Source: Candidatus Parcubacteria bacterium (GTDB taxonomy: Bacteria > Patescibacteriota > Minisyncoccia > Sungbacterales > SURF-37). Taken from it: a DNA stretch of 64,000 nucleotides. Position 1 is the first letter of the stretch. Each line of letters begins with the position of its first letter. Shown here piece by piece: positions 9,530 to 18,726 of this stretch. Location: assembly GCA_003599755.1 (NCBI GenBank), contig QZJO01000011.1:2424-66423 (forward strand), in the 5' to 3' direction. The translations under genes and the position numbers were made by a program. The notes under the pieces were generated by a model. It made no database searches. It had not been told where the DNA came from and saw only the letters and a program-made list of their open reading frames with translations.

Positions 9530-10312
9530 TTAAGTAGTATCCCTTTTTTGCATCCATTTTGCGAACCCTTCGAACGAACGGAGGATTTCCAGCGGAACGG
9601 TGAAGACGACGGTGTTGGACTGATCCGACGAGATGTCGTTGATGGACTGCAGCGTCCGCAGATGCAGCGCGCCCTCGGTGGATGCCAGAATCTTTGCGGC
9701 TTCGGACATGTTTTTCGCCGCTGCCAGCTCCCCTTCCGAGTTGATGATGACCGCGCGCTTTTCGCGTTCGGCTTCGGCTTGCTTGGCAATGGTCCGCTCC
9801 ATGTCCGCGGGCAAGCTGATGTCTTTCAATTCCACGTTGTTCACCTTGAGGCCCCAGGCATCGGTTTCCTTGTCCACGATTTCCCGGATCCGGTCGGCCA
9901 GCTTTTCGCGGTTTGTCAGAAGCTCGTCGAGCGATACTTCGCCGACGATGTTGCGCATGGTCGTCTGGGCATATTGCGAAATCGCGTAGCGAAAATCTTC
10001 TACCTCGAGAATGGCTTTTTCCGCGGATTCGACGCGGTAGTAAATGACGGCGTTGACCGTGACCGAAACGTTATCCTGGGTGATGGCTTTCTGGTCCGGC
10101 ACGTCCACCGCTTTGACGCGCATGTCTACCTTGCGGTAGCCCTGGAAGATCGGGATGACGATGCGCCAGCCCGGATCCATTATGCCGGTAAACCGGCCCA
10201 TGGTGAATCTGAGGCCGCGCTCGTATTGGTTGATCTGTTTCAGACTGACGAGAATCAGAACGACGATGAATGCGCCGATCGAGTAGAGCCAGATCTCAGC
10301 GGTAGTCAGCAT
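9530..10312 (-). CDS. SPFH/Band-7 (stomatin/prohibitin-like) membrane protein
   Basis: N-terminal TM helix followed by an SPFH domain (MRVKAVDVPDQKAITQDNVSV..., coiled AKQAEAEREKRA segment). Confidence 0.8.
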   Translation of the reverse strand: MLTTAEIWLYSIGAFIVVLILVSLKQINQYERGLRFTMGRFTGIMDPGWRIVIPIFQGYRKVDMRVKAVDVPDQKAITQDNVSVTVNAVIYYRVESAEKAILEVEDFRYAISQYAQTTMRNIVGEVSLDELLTNREKLADRIREIVDKETDAWGLKVNNVELKDISLPADMERTIAKQAEAEREKRAVIINSEGELAAAKNMSEAAKILASTEGALHLRTLQSINDISSDQSNTVVFTVPLEILRSFEGFAKWMQKRDTT

Positions 10313-10423
10313 AGGTCATAGTGAGCGGGTAATGCCCCATTTTCTCCATATCGGTATCGAGAAGCCGCGTCAATAATGGTGATGACATTCCGGCTGCGGC
10401 CGGAGCGGCGTCGGGCCGTATCA

Positions 10424-11842
10424 CTAGCGCGTTTTAAGCGAATCGAGTCCGCGGACCTCGATGCTCGCGCCGGCCTCCGGATCGTTGCGTTGGGGCGCGG
10501 GGATATTCTGCGCGGGCCGTTCGCTCACTTTGCCGTATCCGCATTGCGGGCCCGGATCGGGCACGGTCGTGCCGTCAGTTGCCACTACCGCGCCGCCGCG
10601 GGCCGCGTGCCAGTGATCAGCCCCGCAGCCGATTTCGCTTTCTACTTTGAGCTGGCTGACGGGCAGGTACTTTCCATTGTATTCGATGACCGTAATCATC
10701 GGCGTATCGCCCACGAATTGCCGGATGCCCTGGATTTCCTCGTCGGTCATCGTGTCCAAAAGCGTTCCGGTCGGATGGCCTTCCCAGGTCTGCGTGAAAG
10801 CCCAAGATAGAAGTGTAATTCCCTCCCACGGGCCATAATTGACGATTTGGTTGTTGCGGATCTCCACGGTTTCGGTGCCTTCGGGCGTAGCCGGATCGTT
10901 GATATCCAGATACGTCTGGCCGTTCGCTTGGTGGATGCCGGTAACGGTGACCATGTGCCCGCCGACGATTTGGGTGCCGGCCGCATTGGCGAACTTGATG
11001 CGAAGCTCCACCGCATCTCCCTGTTGGAGCGCGTCGCGGATCGCATCCACGGTCGAGAGGCCGTGCGTATCCCCCACTTTTTCGGTGCGGATGGGTACGC
11101 CCGCGGCCGCAGCCCAGCGGTTCTTGCCGGCCACGAAATCATCGGGCGGCACGCCGTTTTGCGGCGTCCAGTTCATGTGGCGCTTGAGGTTTTCGATGAA
11201 ATCCTGCGGATCGCCGGGGATGAGATCTTCGCCGCCGTTTTTGGCGACAAGCGAGATCAAGCTGTTGGCCGCGGCGGTCGGCGCGCATTCGCCCTTGCGC
11301 TGCGAAAGATCGGGCACGCCGCCGGTCGTGATTCCCACCGGTCCGCTCTGGTCTTGTGCCTGCGCGACCGCGATTCCCCAGCCCTTGGTCGCGTTTTCGG
11401 GATCGGTAATCGACGCGAGGTCCAAAAGTTCCCCAACTTCCATGGTCTTGGCCGCGACCGTCGCGTCGTATTCGGCGCCGTTGATCGTTACGCGGGCCTT
11501 GGCGCCCTCGGCCGGCGGCGTGGCAGCCGCAACATACACGCCGCTTGCCCAATTGGCTTGCGGATGTACCGGCGCGTTCCGAACCAGGTATTCATCGTCC
11601 GCGAACGATTCGTCGCCGTCTGCATCGGCCGCGACGCTCATCGCCGCCCGGCCATCGAGCCCACGGATAAACGGCATCTGCACCAGGAGTTTGCCGGTCG
11701 CCTGTCCATTGCTGGTAAATGCGGTAACCAGGACGGTATCGCCGACCAGTGCGCCTCCATTCGGATTCGATGCGGTGTTCCAGGCAAACAGCAGTCCGGC
11801 GAGAATGACGATTGCCGCGCCGATCATCAGGGCATTCTTCAT
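10424..11842 (-). CDS. Secreted/anchored 472-aa protein of unknown function with candidate Cys...His dyad
   Basis: N-terminal signal/anchor (MKNALMIGAAIVILAGLLFA). Internal QRKGECAPTAAANSL and, about 110 aa later, IVGGHMVTVTG, reminiscent of papain-like or transglutaminase-like hydrolases. C-terminal GCGADHWH. Confidence 0.5.
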   Translation of the reverse strand: MKNALMIGAAIVILAGLLFAWNTASNPNGGALVGDTVLVTAFTSNGQATGKLLVQMPFIRGLDGRAAMSVAADADGDESFADDEYLVRNAPVHPQANWASGVYVAAATPPAEGAKARVTINGAEYDATVAAKTMEVGELLDLASITDPENATKGWGIAVAQAQDQSGPVGITTGGVPDLSQRKGECAPTAAANSLISLVAKNGGEDLIPGDPQDFIENLKRHMNWTPQNGVPPDDFVAGKNRWAAAAGVPIRTEKVGDTHGLSTVDAIRDALQQGDAVELRIKFANAAGTQIVGGHMVTVTGIHQANGQTYLDINDPATPEGTETVEIRNNQIVNYGPWEGITLLSWAFTQTWEGHPTGTLLDTMTDEEIQGIRQFVGDTPMITVIEYNGKYLPVSQLKVESEIGCGADHWHAARGGAVVATDGTTVPDPGPQCGYGKVSERPAQNIPAPQRNDPEAGASIEVRGLDSLKTR

Positions 11843-11890
11843 AGTATGGAGACAGTACCAAATACCGCGGCAATGCTCAACGCCGGCGTG

Positions 11891-13561
11891 TTACGCAGCC
11901 AATGCGCCATGCTGCTCCGTTTTCAGCCGGGCCAACGTTTTTGCGTTCCATTGCTCGCTTTTGAGTACGCGCGCGATCCATTCCCCGCCGAGCGTATGCG
12001 GCATCATGACGAAGTCGGCCCCGTGCTGGTAGAGCGCCGCGGCGTCGGCCGCGTGGTAGGCATTCGCAATGATAAGCGCATCTTTGTTGGACTTGCGCAC
12101 GAACTTCATCAAGTTGATCTGGTCATCCACGGCCGGGATGGTCATGATGACGATTCTGCTCGCGGCGATCGACAGGCCTTCCAGAAATTCAATATCGGCG
12201 ATATCGCCGAAGTAAAACGGGATATCGGCTTTGCGGAGCCGCGCGACGGCGGCCGGATCGAAATCGACGACGGCAAAATTCGTTTTCAGATCAGCCATTG
12301 CCTCGGCTACTTTCATGCCGATGCGGTGATAGCCGATGATCCAGGCGTCATACTGTTCGGGGGCGCGATCTTGCTGGCGGTATTTGTCTGGTCCGAATCG
12401 GCGGAAAAACGGCAGAAGCATGCGATAGATTTTCTCGTTATAGGAAATCAGATACGAAGAGGCGAAAATGGTGGCAATGGCTACGGCCGTGAAAATCGCA
12501 ACCTCGTCGCCCTCGATGTGCCCGGCCTGCCGGCCGGCGAACAAAAGCACGAACCCGAACTCGCTGACCTGTGCCGCGGTCAGGCCGGCCAAAAAGCTGT
12601 TGCGCCGCGTAAAGCGCAACGTCCGAAACAATATATAGAGGATCAACGGATTGCCAATAAGAATGAAGAGCGAGAGTACGATGGCCGGTGTCGCGATGGT
12701 CTCGAGCGAGCTGAGGCCCATTTCGCTGCCGAGCACGATGAAAAAGAGAATCAAGAAAAAGTCGCGCAGGGGCCGGATGCGGCTCGCGATTTCCAATTGG
12801 TACGGCGACGAGCTCAGCGCGATGCCGGATATGATCGCGCCGATCTCGAGCGAAAATCCGAGCGCGTAAAGCGTGCTTGCCACGCCGAAGCACCAGGCAA
12901 GCGTGAATAGGAATAAGAGTTCGCTCGAATCGGCGATTCTGTCGAGTAATTTCGGCAAAAGATATCTACTCGCCAGATACAAAACGCCGGCTATGGCCGG
13001 GAGCATCACGATCATCGTGCCAAGATCACTTCCCCCGCTCGCCCGTTCGCCCTGGATCATGCCGAGCGCGATCACGAGGATAACGGCGATCACGTCCTGC
13101 ACGAGCATGAGGCCGATGGTATGGCGGCCGTACATGGTGTCGGTATCCTTTTTGTCCGACAGCAATTTCATGATGATGATCGTGCTCGAAAACGTGATGG
13201 CCACGGCCAAATAGAGCGCGGCTACCAGCGGCATGCCCAGCATCAAAAGCAGCACCGTGCCGATGCTTGCCGTGAAGATTACTTGGCCAAGCCCCGTGAT
13301 GAGGGATACTTTGCCGATGGATTTGAGGTGGTTGAAGTTGAGGTTCAGTCCGATGATGAAGAGCAATAGCACCACGCCGAATTGCGCGAATGTTTCATAC
13401 AGTTCATGGTCGCCGTGGAAGAGATTCAGGATGAACGGGCCGGCGATGATGCCGGCGAAAATATAGGCAACGATCAGGGGTTGGCGGAGCAGCTTCACGG
13501 CAAAAGCAACGCCGACCGTCACCGCCAAAAGCAAACTGGTTTGTACGAAAATGCTATCCAT
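11891..13561 (-). CDS. Monovalent cation:proton antiporter-2 (CPA2, Kef-type) with C-terminal RCK/TrkA-N domain
   Basis: About 12 TM helices followed by a Rossmann-type TrkA-N region (WIIGYHRIGMKVAEAM...VVDFDP). Confidence 0.8.
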   Translation of the reverse strand: MDSIFVQTSLLLAVTVGVAFAVKLLRQPLIVAYIFAGIIAGPFILNLFHGDHELYETFAQFGVVLLLFIIGLNLNFNHLKSIGKVSLITGLGQVIFTASIGTVLLLMLGMPLVAALYLAVAITFSSTIIIMKLLSDKKDTDTMYGRHTIGLMLVQDVIAVILVIALGMIQGERASGGSDLGTMIVMLPAIAGVLYLASRYLLPKLLDRIADSSELLFLFTLAWCFGVASTLYALGFSLEIGAIISGIALSSSPYQLEIASRIRPLRDFFLILFFIVLGSEMGLSSLETIATPAIVLSLFILIGNPLILYILFRTLRFTRRNSFLAGLTAAQVSEFGFVLLFAGRQAGHIEGDEVAIFTAVAIATIFASSYLISYNEKIYRMLLPFFRRFGPDKYRQQDRAPEQYDAWIIGYHRIGMKVAEAMADLKTNFAVVDFDPAAVARLRKADIPFYFGDIADIEFLEGLSIAASRIVIMTIPAVDDQINLMKFVRKSNKDALIIANAYHAADAAALYQHGADFVMMPHTLGGEWIARVLKSEQWNAKTLARLKTEQHGALAA

Positions 13562-14696
13562 GGCGTGCTGCCAGTTCGCGAGCGCGTCCCTCTTGCATCG
13601 GATGACGAGTTGGAATAACGATACGGAAAACTACCCCGGTTTCTTTTCCTGGCGGCGGGCTTTCGAACCAGATCTTCCAGCCGAAATGGTCGGTGATCAA
13701 TTTCACGAGATAGAGGCCAATGCCGCTGCCGGATGATTTGCGCGCTTCGGCGCTTTTGGTGCGGTAGACGCGCGTGAAAATTTTGTCTCGTTCATCCGGG
13801 AGAATGACGAGGCCGTTATTCTCGCACGAAAATAGAAACCCCTCGTCGTTGCGGACGAGTCGGACTTCGACGCGGCCGTTGCCCGGATCGCAGTATTCAG
13901 CCGCGTTCGAGATGACATTGAAAAAGACGATGAGGGCAAGCTGGCGTTCCACGGTGATAACGGCCGGCTCGCTGGGCTGTTCGAACGAGATATGAACCGT
14001 GGGATGCGCTTTTTGAACCTCTGCGATAATCTTGGTGATTTCTTCTTCGAGCCGGAGCGGTTCCTTACCGGATACGGCGCCCTGCAGGCGGCTTGCGGCA
14101 AGAAGGTCAGTAACGAAGTAGATCAGGTCCTGATTTTTGCGATATACCTCGTCGAGAATCTCACGGTCTTTCGGGTCGAGCTTGCCGCGCAATCTGAGCC
14201 AGTCAAGCAGCCATTTCGTGGCGGTGAGCGGATTTTTCAGCTGATGTCCGACGATGGAGATGAATTCCGCGCGGAATGCCTCCTGCTCCTTCCGGTCGGT
14301 GATGTCGGGCTCCACGCCGATGAAGAATCGGACGTTTCCTTCTTGATCAAGAATCGGCGCGATATGGAGCTCCTGCCAGTAGTGCGTTCCGTCTTTTCGC
14401 GTATTCTTCACTTCGCCGACAAAGGGCTCTTTGGTTTCCTTAATCGTGCGCCACATATTCTCATAGAATGCCTGCGGCATCTCGCCGCCCCAAAGATCCC
14501 CCGGATTCTTTCCGATGATTTCGCTGATCGGGAAACCAGTGCGCTCCTCAACGGTTTTGTTCGCATACAGAATATTGGCATTCGCGTCGGTGATGACGAC
14601 GTGATCGCGCAATAAATCGAATCCGCGTTTGAGCGGCTCGATTTCCCGCAAATATGTTTCGAGATCGGCTCGCGAAAGCGGAGTACGGATAGCCAT
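13554..14696 (-). CDS. PAS-domain sensor histidine kinase (cytoplasmic)
   Basis: PAS core shared with 5782-6366. HisKA H-box FISIVGHQLKNPL. HATPase_c region (N, G1/G2 boxes: NAAEYCDPG..., GSGIGLYLVK). The 3' end overlaps the Kef gene start by 8 nt. No response regulator in the window. Confidence 0.85.
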   Translation of the reverse strand: MAIRTPLSRADLETYLREIEPLKRGFDLLRDHVVITDANANILYANKTVEERTGFPISEIIGKNPGDLWGGEMPQAFYENMWRTIKETKEPFVGEVKNTRKDGTHYWQELHIAPILDQEGNVRFFIGVEPDITDRKEQEAFRAEFISIVGHQLKNPLTATKWLLDWLRLRGKLDPKDREILDEVYRKNQDLIYFVTDLLAASRLQGAVSGKEPLRLEEEITKIIAEVQKAHPTVHISFEQPSEPAVITVERQLALIVFFNVISNAAEYCDPGNGRVEVRLVRNDEGFLFSCENNGLVILPDERDKIFTRVYRTKSAEARKSSGSGIGLYLVKLITDHFGWKIWFESPPPGKETGVVFRIVIPTRHPMQEGRARELAARHG

Positions 14697-14707
14697 GGTC
14701 CGGATTC

Positions 14708-15619
14708 CTATTTGAGAATGCAGTTTTTATATGTTTCGCCGCCGCCGGCTTCGGTGATGAATGCCGTATCGCCTTTGTTCCAGAACACGAACGACTCGTC
14801 GGCTTTGGCATAGCGCGCGCCGGAAGCCGATAGCGCGCGCGGCACGGAAAGTTTTCTGCCATCGCTCAGCACGAGGTCGACGTACTTGTCGTCTCCGATG
14901 TAGAACGACGCTTGGATGGTTCTATCGTCTGCACACTGGAAGGTGACGGTCTTGGGCTGGGTCGCCGTGCAGTACTGCTCCCAGCTGCGCTCGCAGGCCT
15001 GGCGCGCTTCGCACCAGGAGTAACCGGCAGCAATCAGGCAGCCGTGCTCGTCCGTTTGGCCGCCGATGGTTTGATCATTGATGTCTTTGAGTTGCATTGC
15101 CTCGGCATCCAGTATGAGCCGCGCGCTTTTACCGACCGACGGCCGTGCCGTCATGGGTTCGCCCGGTTGGCGATCGGCGTAGTTTACGACAATGGTATTT
15201 CCCGGGCCCGATTCGATGGTTTGGGGCGCGATGCGGTCCCCGAGCAGAAATGCCTGCGAGCCGACGTATCCGGTTTCGGTGTTGAGCGCCGCGACAACGT
15301 AGAAAAACGTCCCCGATCCCCCGGTCTCTTGCGTCAGAAGGAACGCTACGTCTTCCCGCCCGTCACCGTTCAAGTCCTTGCGGACTTCGTTGCCGAAGTA
15401 GCGCGTGACGATTTTCGACGCAGACCCCGGAGCCGCTTCCAGCTCCGATATGCCGTTTGCCAGCGTAATCACGCGGCCCTCGATCACGTACGTCGCATCC
15501 TTTTCGCTCGCCGCCGGGCGCTGGTCGCCCTGCTTTTCGGTGTAGATATAGTCATTCAGGAAGTAAAATCCGCCTACGATGAGCACCACCACTACGATTG
15601 CCCATAACAGTATTTTCAT
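14708..15619 (-). CDS. N-terminally anchored extracytoplasmic protein with C-terminal MliC-type (membrane-bound lysozyme inhibitor of C-type lysozyme) domain
   Basis: Signal/anchor helix. C-terminal TVTFQCADDRTIQASFY...LSVPRALSASGARYAKADESFVFWNKGDTAF...C matches the MliC/PliC SxSGAxY core with flanking Cys. Upstream is a Cys-rich segment (CLIAAGYSWCEARQACERSWEQYC). Confidence 0.65.
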   Translation of the reverse strand: MKILLWAIVVVVLIVGGFYFLNDYIYTEKQGDQRPAASEKDATYVIEGRVITLANGISELEAAPGSASKIVTRYFGNEVRKDLNGDGREDVAFLLTQETGGSGTFFYVVAALNTETGYVGSQAFLLGDRIAPQTIESGPGNTIVVNYADRQPGEPMTARPSVGKSARLILDAEAMQLKDINDQTIGGQTDEHGCLIAAGYSWCEARQACERSWEQYCTATQPKTVTFQCADDRTIQASFYIGDDKYVDLVLSDGRKLSVPRALSASGARYAKADESFVFWNKGDTAFITEAGGGETYKNCILK

Positions 15620-16131
15620 ACCTGTTCGTATTGTACTTGGATAATACCATGCTCCAATTTTTGGACCGATTTGAACTGCAACGACATGGTGAAATCCCTG
15701 TGCGCGAATACGGGTTTTCCCGCACCGACGATCACCGGCTCGATGTTGAAAATAACCTCATGAACAAGCCCTGCCTGCATGAATGCGGAATTCACCGTCG
15801 GGCCGCCGCCGACGAGGACGGATGCTATCCCCTGCGCTGAAAGTTTTTGCAGCGCGTCTTCCGGCGAAGCGGCAGCAATGAACCCCGTTTTCAGCTGATT
15901 GGGCCGGGATGTTATGACGACGCGCGGAATATCGGCCAGATCATCGAAACTGTAATCGGCATCCCAACTCGCTACCGTCTCCAATGTTTTCCGGCCGATG
16001 ATGAGCGCTCCCTTCTCCCGAGCAAGAGCGCAAAATACGGTCCAGTTGGCATCTGAAATAAAATCCTCGCTACCGGATTCATCGGCCACGAAGCCGTTGA
16101 GCGACATGGCCATGAATAACGCGACGCGCAT
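15616..16131 (-). CDS. Dihydrofolate reductase-family protein (RibD C-terminal domain type)
   Basis: MRVALFMAMSLNGFVADESG...LIIGRKTLE...VLVGGGPTVNSAF; start trimmed to ATG 16129-16131. Paralogous to 16789-17385. Confidence 0.7.
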   Translation of the reverse strand: MRVALFMAMSLNGFVADESGSEDFISDANWTVFCALAREKGALIIGRKTLETVASWDADYSFDDLADIPRVVITSRPNQLKTGFIAAASPEDALQKLSAQGIASVLVGGGPTVNSAFMQAGLVHEVIFNIEPVIVGAGKPVFAHRDFTMSLQFKSVQKLEHGIIQVQYEQV

Positions 16132-16190
16132 AGCTGAAGCATCGCGCAAATCCAAAACGCCCACAAGGGGCGTTTTGGCATCCCGTTATG

Positions 16191-16745
16191 TTATTGGAAC
16201 GTCACCGTACCGAGGATCGTATCGAAGTCCTCGAGGATCATATCCTTGTCGGTGATCCAGGTGACCGAGAATACATATGCGTTGTTGCCGTAGCTGACGA
16301 TGACCGATTTGCCGGCATAGAGGCCGTCCCATCGGTATTCGAGGCCGGAGATTCCGCTTACGGTGCGCCCAACAGGCGTCTGCGGGAAATTCTTGATCCA
16401 ATTGGTGCTCTGCTGCAGCCAGGCATCCGGGGCAAGATTATTCGGATTGGCGTATACGTCGATGGTTATCGAGGTCGGCCCTTCGCTTTGGCCCGAAGCG
16501 CGGCCTTCGAGATAATCCCGGTTTGCCTGGGTATCTTCGATCAAAACGACGCCGTCGGCATTCTCTTTGAGATAGTAGCCCTTCGGATACTGAAAACTGA
16601 ATCCGTGCGAAGCCGATGCGTGCGACTGGAGCTTGTCGGTGCCGTTATTGGCCTGCTTTTCGGCGTAGATATATTGATTGAGCGCGTAAAAACCGCCGAG
16701 TGCCAGCGCCGCAATGACGATTACTGCGATGAGTGTTGCTTTCAT
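16191..16745 (-). CDS. N-terminally anchored extracytoplasmic protein, unknown function (N-terminus paralogous to the MliC-domain protein)
   Basis: MKATLIAVIVIAALALGGFYALNQYIYAEKQ versus MKILLWAIVVVVLIVGGFYFLNDYIYTEKQ at 15619. Remainder has beta-rich composition with no recognised family. Confidence 0.55.
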   Translation of the reverse strand: MKATLIAVIVIAALALGGFYALNQYIYAEKQANNGTDKLQSHASASHGFSFQYPKGYYLKENADGVVLIEDTQANRDYLEGRASGQSEGPTSITIDVYANPNNLAPDAWLQQSTNWIKNFPQTPVGRTVSGISGLEYRWDGLYAGKSVIVSYGNNAYVFSVTWITDKDMILEDFDTILGTVTFQ

Positions 16746-16788
16746 ATGCTTGGATATACGAGGCCGCCGAGCCGGCGTAACAACTCGA

Positions 16789-17385
16789 TCAGAACGATCC
16801 GGTTTTCACCTCTCCCGCCCGTTCGTAGTTGGCGACAATCACGCCTTTGGGCGATGTTTTCGAATCTTTGAGCGTGAACGCCGCCGGGATCGTGCCCTCG
16901 CCGAACAAGCGTTTTCCCGGTCCCAGCGTGACCGGGAATATTTTCAACCAAAACTCATCCACGAGGTCGTGCTGCAGAAGCGTCTGGATGAATTCGCTGC
17001 TGCCATGCACTTGCAGCTCGGGACCATCTCCCGCCTTGAGCTGCTTCACCGCTTCGACGACATCACCGGCCAGAAGCACGGAGTTCTCCCATTCGGGCGT
17101 CAGCGGCGAATGCGAGGCAACGTATTTTGCCGCCTTATTAAGCGCGCTGCCTTCTTCCGGGTGATGCGGCCAGTACGATGCGAATATGTCGTAGGTCTTT
17201 CTGCCGAGCAAGAGGGCAAAGGGATGGCCCATTTGCTCGTCCATGACGTTGCCGAGAAATTCGTCGAAATACGGGACGGTCCAGCCGCCGTATTTGAACC
17301 CGCCGGAGGTATCTTCCTGGGGGCCGCCCGGCGCTTGCATGACGCCGTCGAGGGAAATGAACGTAAGGACAATGAGTTTGCGCAT
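16789..17385 (-). CDS. Dihydrofolate reductase-family protein (RibD C-terminal domain type), second paralog
   Basis: MRKLIVLTFISLDGVMQAPGGP...LLLGRKTYDIF...LQVHGSSEFIQTLL is the typical YyaP/RibD_C signature. Confidence 0.75.
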   Translation of the reverse strand: MRKLIVLTFISLDGVMQAPGGPQEDTSGGFKYGGWTVPYFDEFLGNVMDEQMGHPFALLLGRKTYDIFASYWPHHPEEGSALNKAAKYVASHSPLTPEWENSVLLAGDVVEAVKQLKAGDGPELQVHGSSEFIQTLLQHDLVDEFWLKIFPVTLGPGKRLFGEGTIPAAFTLKDSKTSPKGVIVANYERAGEVKTGSF

Positions 17386-17503
17386 AATGGGGTGGTATGG
17401 GTATTAGGAGATTGTTGGGGTCTTTACAGTATAGCAGACCGAGGCAGGTCGGAAGCATTACCGTCCGGGACAAGGGGTGCTTCGGGACGCCGAATCCGCT
17501 AGA

Positions 17504-18370
17504 ATGGCCGCGATGGGTTTCCGCCGAAAGAATGGAATTCTGGTTGTAGCTATGGCTGCGATACTGGCAGCCGCTTTTGTGTTGGTTCGACTATCGCGCG
17601 AACAGGCCCCGCCGCCAGTCGCATCCTTGGCGGGTTCGGACCAAGAAGAACCGTCCGGATGCGGCCTCCCCGATACCCCGCCCGAACAAGGGCCGCTGTC
17701 GAAATACGTCGAAATCATCGATTCATGCGGCCCCGATTTCGAAGGGGCGTGCGTCAATGCGCGCACCCGGCCCGATACGTCTGCCCCGGTGGCGGCGCGT
17801 TTGCGAACCGGCATCGTTCTGAAAATTTCGGATACCGTCGTCGGTGATGGCCGATCGTGGTATCGCATCGCGTTCGATGAGGCAATCCGTTATCCCGAAC
17901 GGATCACCAGCGAATGGTATATTACCAGCGAGCACGCGCATCTCATTGAAATTCGAGGCGTTGAAGAACTCCTCGGCGATGCGGTGATAACGACGGAAAA
18001 AGAGATCATCGTGGATCTTTCCGAACAGAAACTGTACGCGTACGAACGCGATGCACTCATCGCCGAAGAATACGTCTCAACCGGCGTGCCGGAGGCCCCG
18101 ACGCCGCGCGGTCCATTCCGCATCTACAAGAAAATGCCGTCGCGCTATATGCAGGGTCCGCTTCCCGGCATTTCGGACCAATATTTCGATCTGCCGGGCG
18201 TGCCGTGGAATCTTTATTTCACGGAACAGGGCGGTGCGATCCATGGCACCTACTGGCACGATCAATTCGGGAAGCGCTGGTCGCATGGCTGCGTCAATCT
18301 TCCGGTCGGGGCCGCAAAGACGCTCTACGAATGGGCGGATCTCGGAACGCGGGTCATCGTGCGCGACTGA
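17504..18370 (+). CDS. L,D-transpeptidase (YkuD domain) with N-terminal anchor and SH3-like domain
   Basis: Catalytic HGCVNLP motif near the C-terminus. SH3b-like segment (TGIVLKISDTVVGDGRSWYRI). TM helix near the N-terminus. Exact start is uncertain; the ORF track begins at a GTG at 17477. Confidence 0.8.
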   Translation: MAAMGFRRKNGILVVAMAAILAAAFVLVRLSREQAPPPVASLAGSDQEEPSGCGLPDTPPEQGPLSKYVEIIDSCGPDFEGACVNARTRPDTSAPVAARLRTGIVLKISDTVVGDGRSWYRIAFDEAIRYPERITSEWYITSEHAHLIEIRGVEELLGDAVITTEKEIIVDLSEQKLYAYERDALIAEEYVSTGVPEAPTPRGPFRIYKKMPSRYMQGPLPGISDQYFDLPGVPWNLYFTEQGGAIHGTYWHDQFGKRWSHGCVNLPVGAAKTLYEWADLGTRVIVRD

Positions 18371-18434
18371 GGGCGTTTCCGCGTTCAGCGGTCTTGGGAG
18401 GCGGCCGATGGCCGCGGCTAGTTTTGCCCCCGAT

Positions 18435-18707
18435 TTATTCGAAGAAGAAAGTTTCTCCTATTAGCAAGGCGAGCGCCAGAGCGCCGATGGCGGTCGCGAA
18501 ATATACGAGCGCATTGCGCTCTTTGTGCCGTATCACCGCAATCAGCCCGAGGACGAAGGCAATGATTCCGAGAAATACGGATGACAATCCGGCGTATGGC
18601 TGGAAACCTTCCACGACGGCAAGCGGAAACAGGGCAAGTGCGGCAATGGCGAGCCCAATAGCCCACCGCGCTACCCAAGATTCAGGAATGATTCTCCGCT
18701 CTTCCAT
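18435..18707 (-). CDS. Small membrane protein (about 90 aa, three TM helices)
   Basis: Hydrophobic helices (WAIGLAIAALALFPLAVV..., IIAFVLGLIAVI..., FATAIGALALALLIG). Start trimmed to avoid overlap with the upstream gene. Confidence 0.4.
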   Translation of the reverse strand: MEERRIIPESWVARWAIGLAIAALALFPLAVVEGFQPYAGLSSVFLGIIAFVLGLIAVIRHKERNALVYFATAIGALALALLIGETFFFE

Positions 18708-18726
18708 ACGATGTGCCCGGATGATG

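Noticed and set aside
10847-12910. 687-aa plus-strand ORF antisense to the Kef antiporter and secreted-protein genes
   Set aside because: Arg/Gly/Ala/His-rich low-complexity translation typical of antisense frames in high-GC DNA. The opposite-strand genes have clear family signatures.
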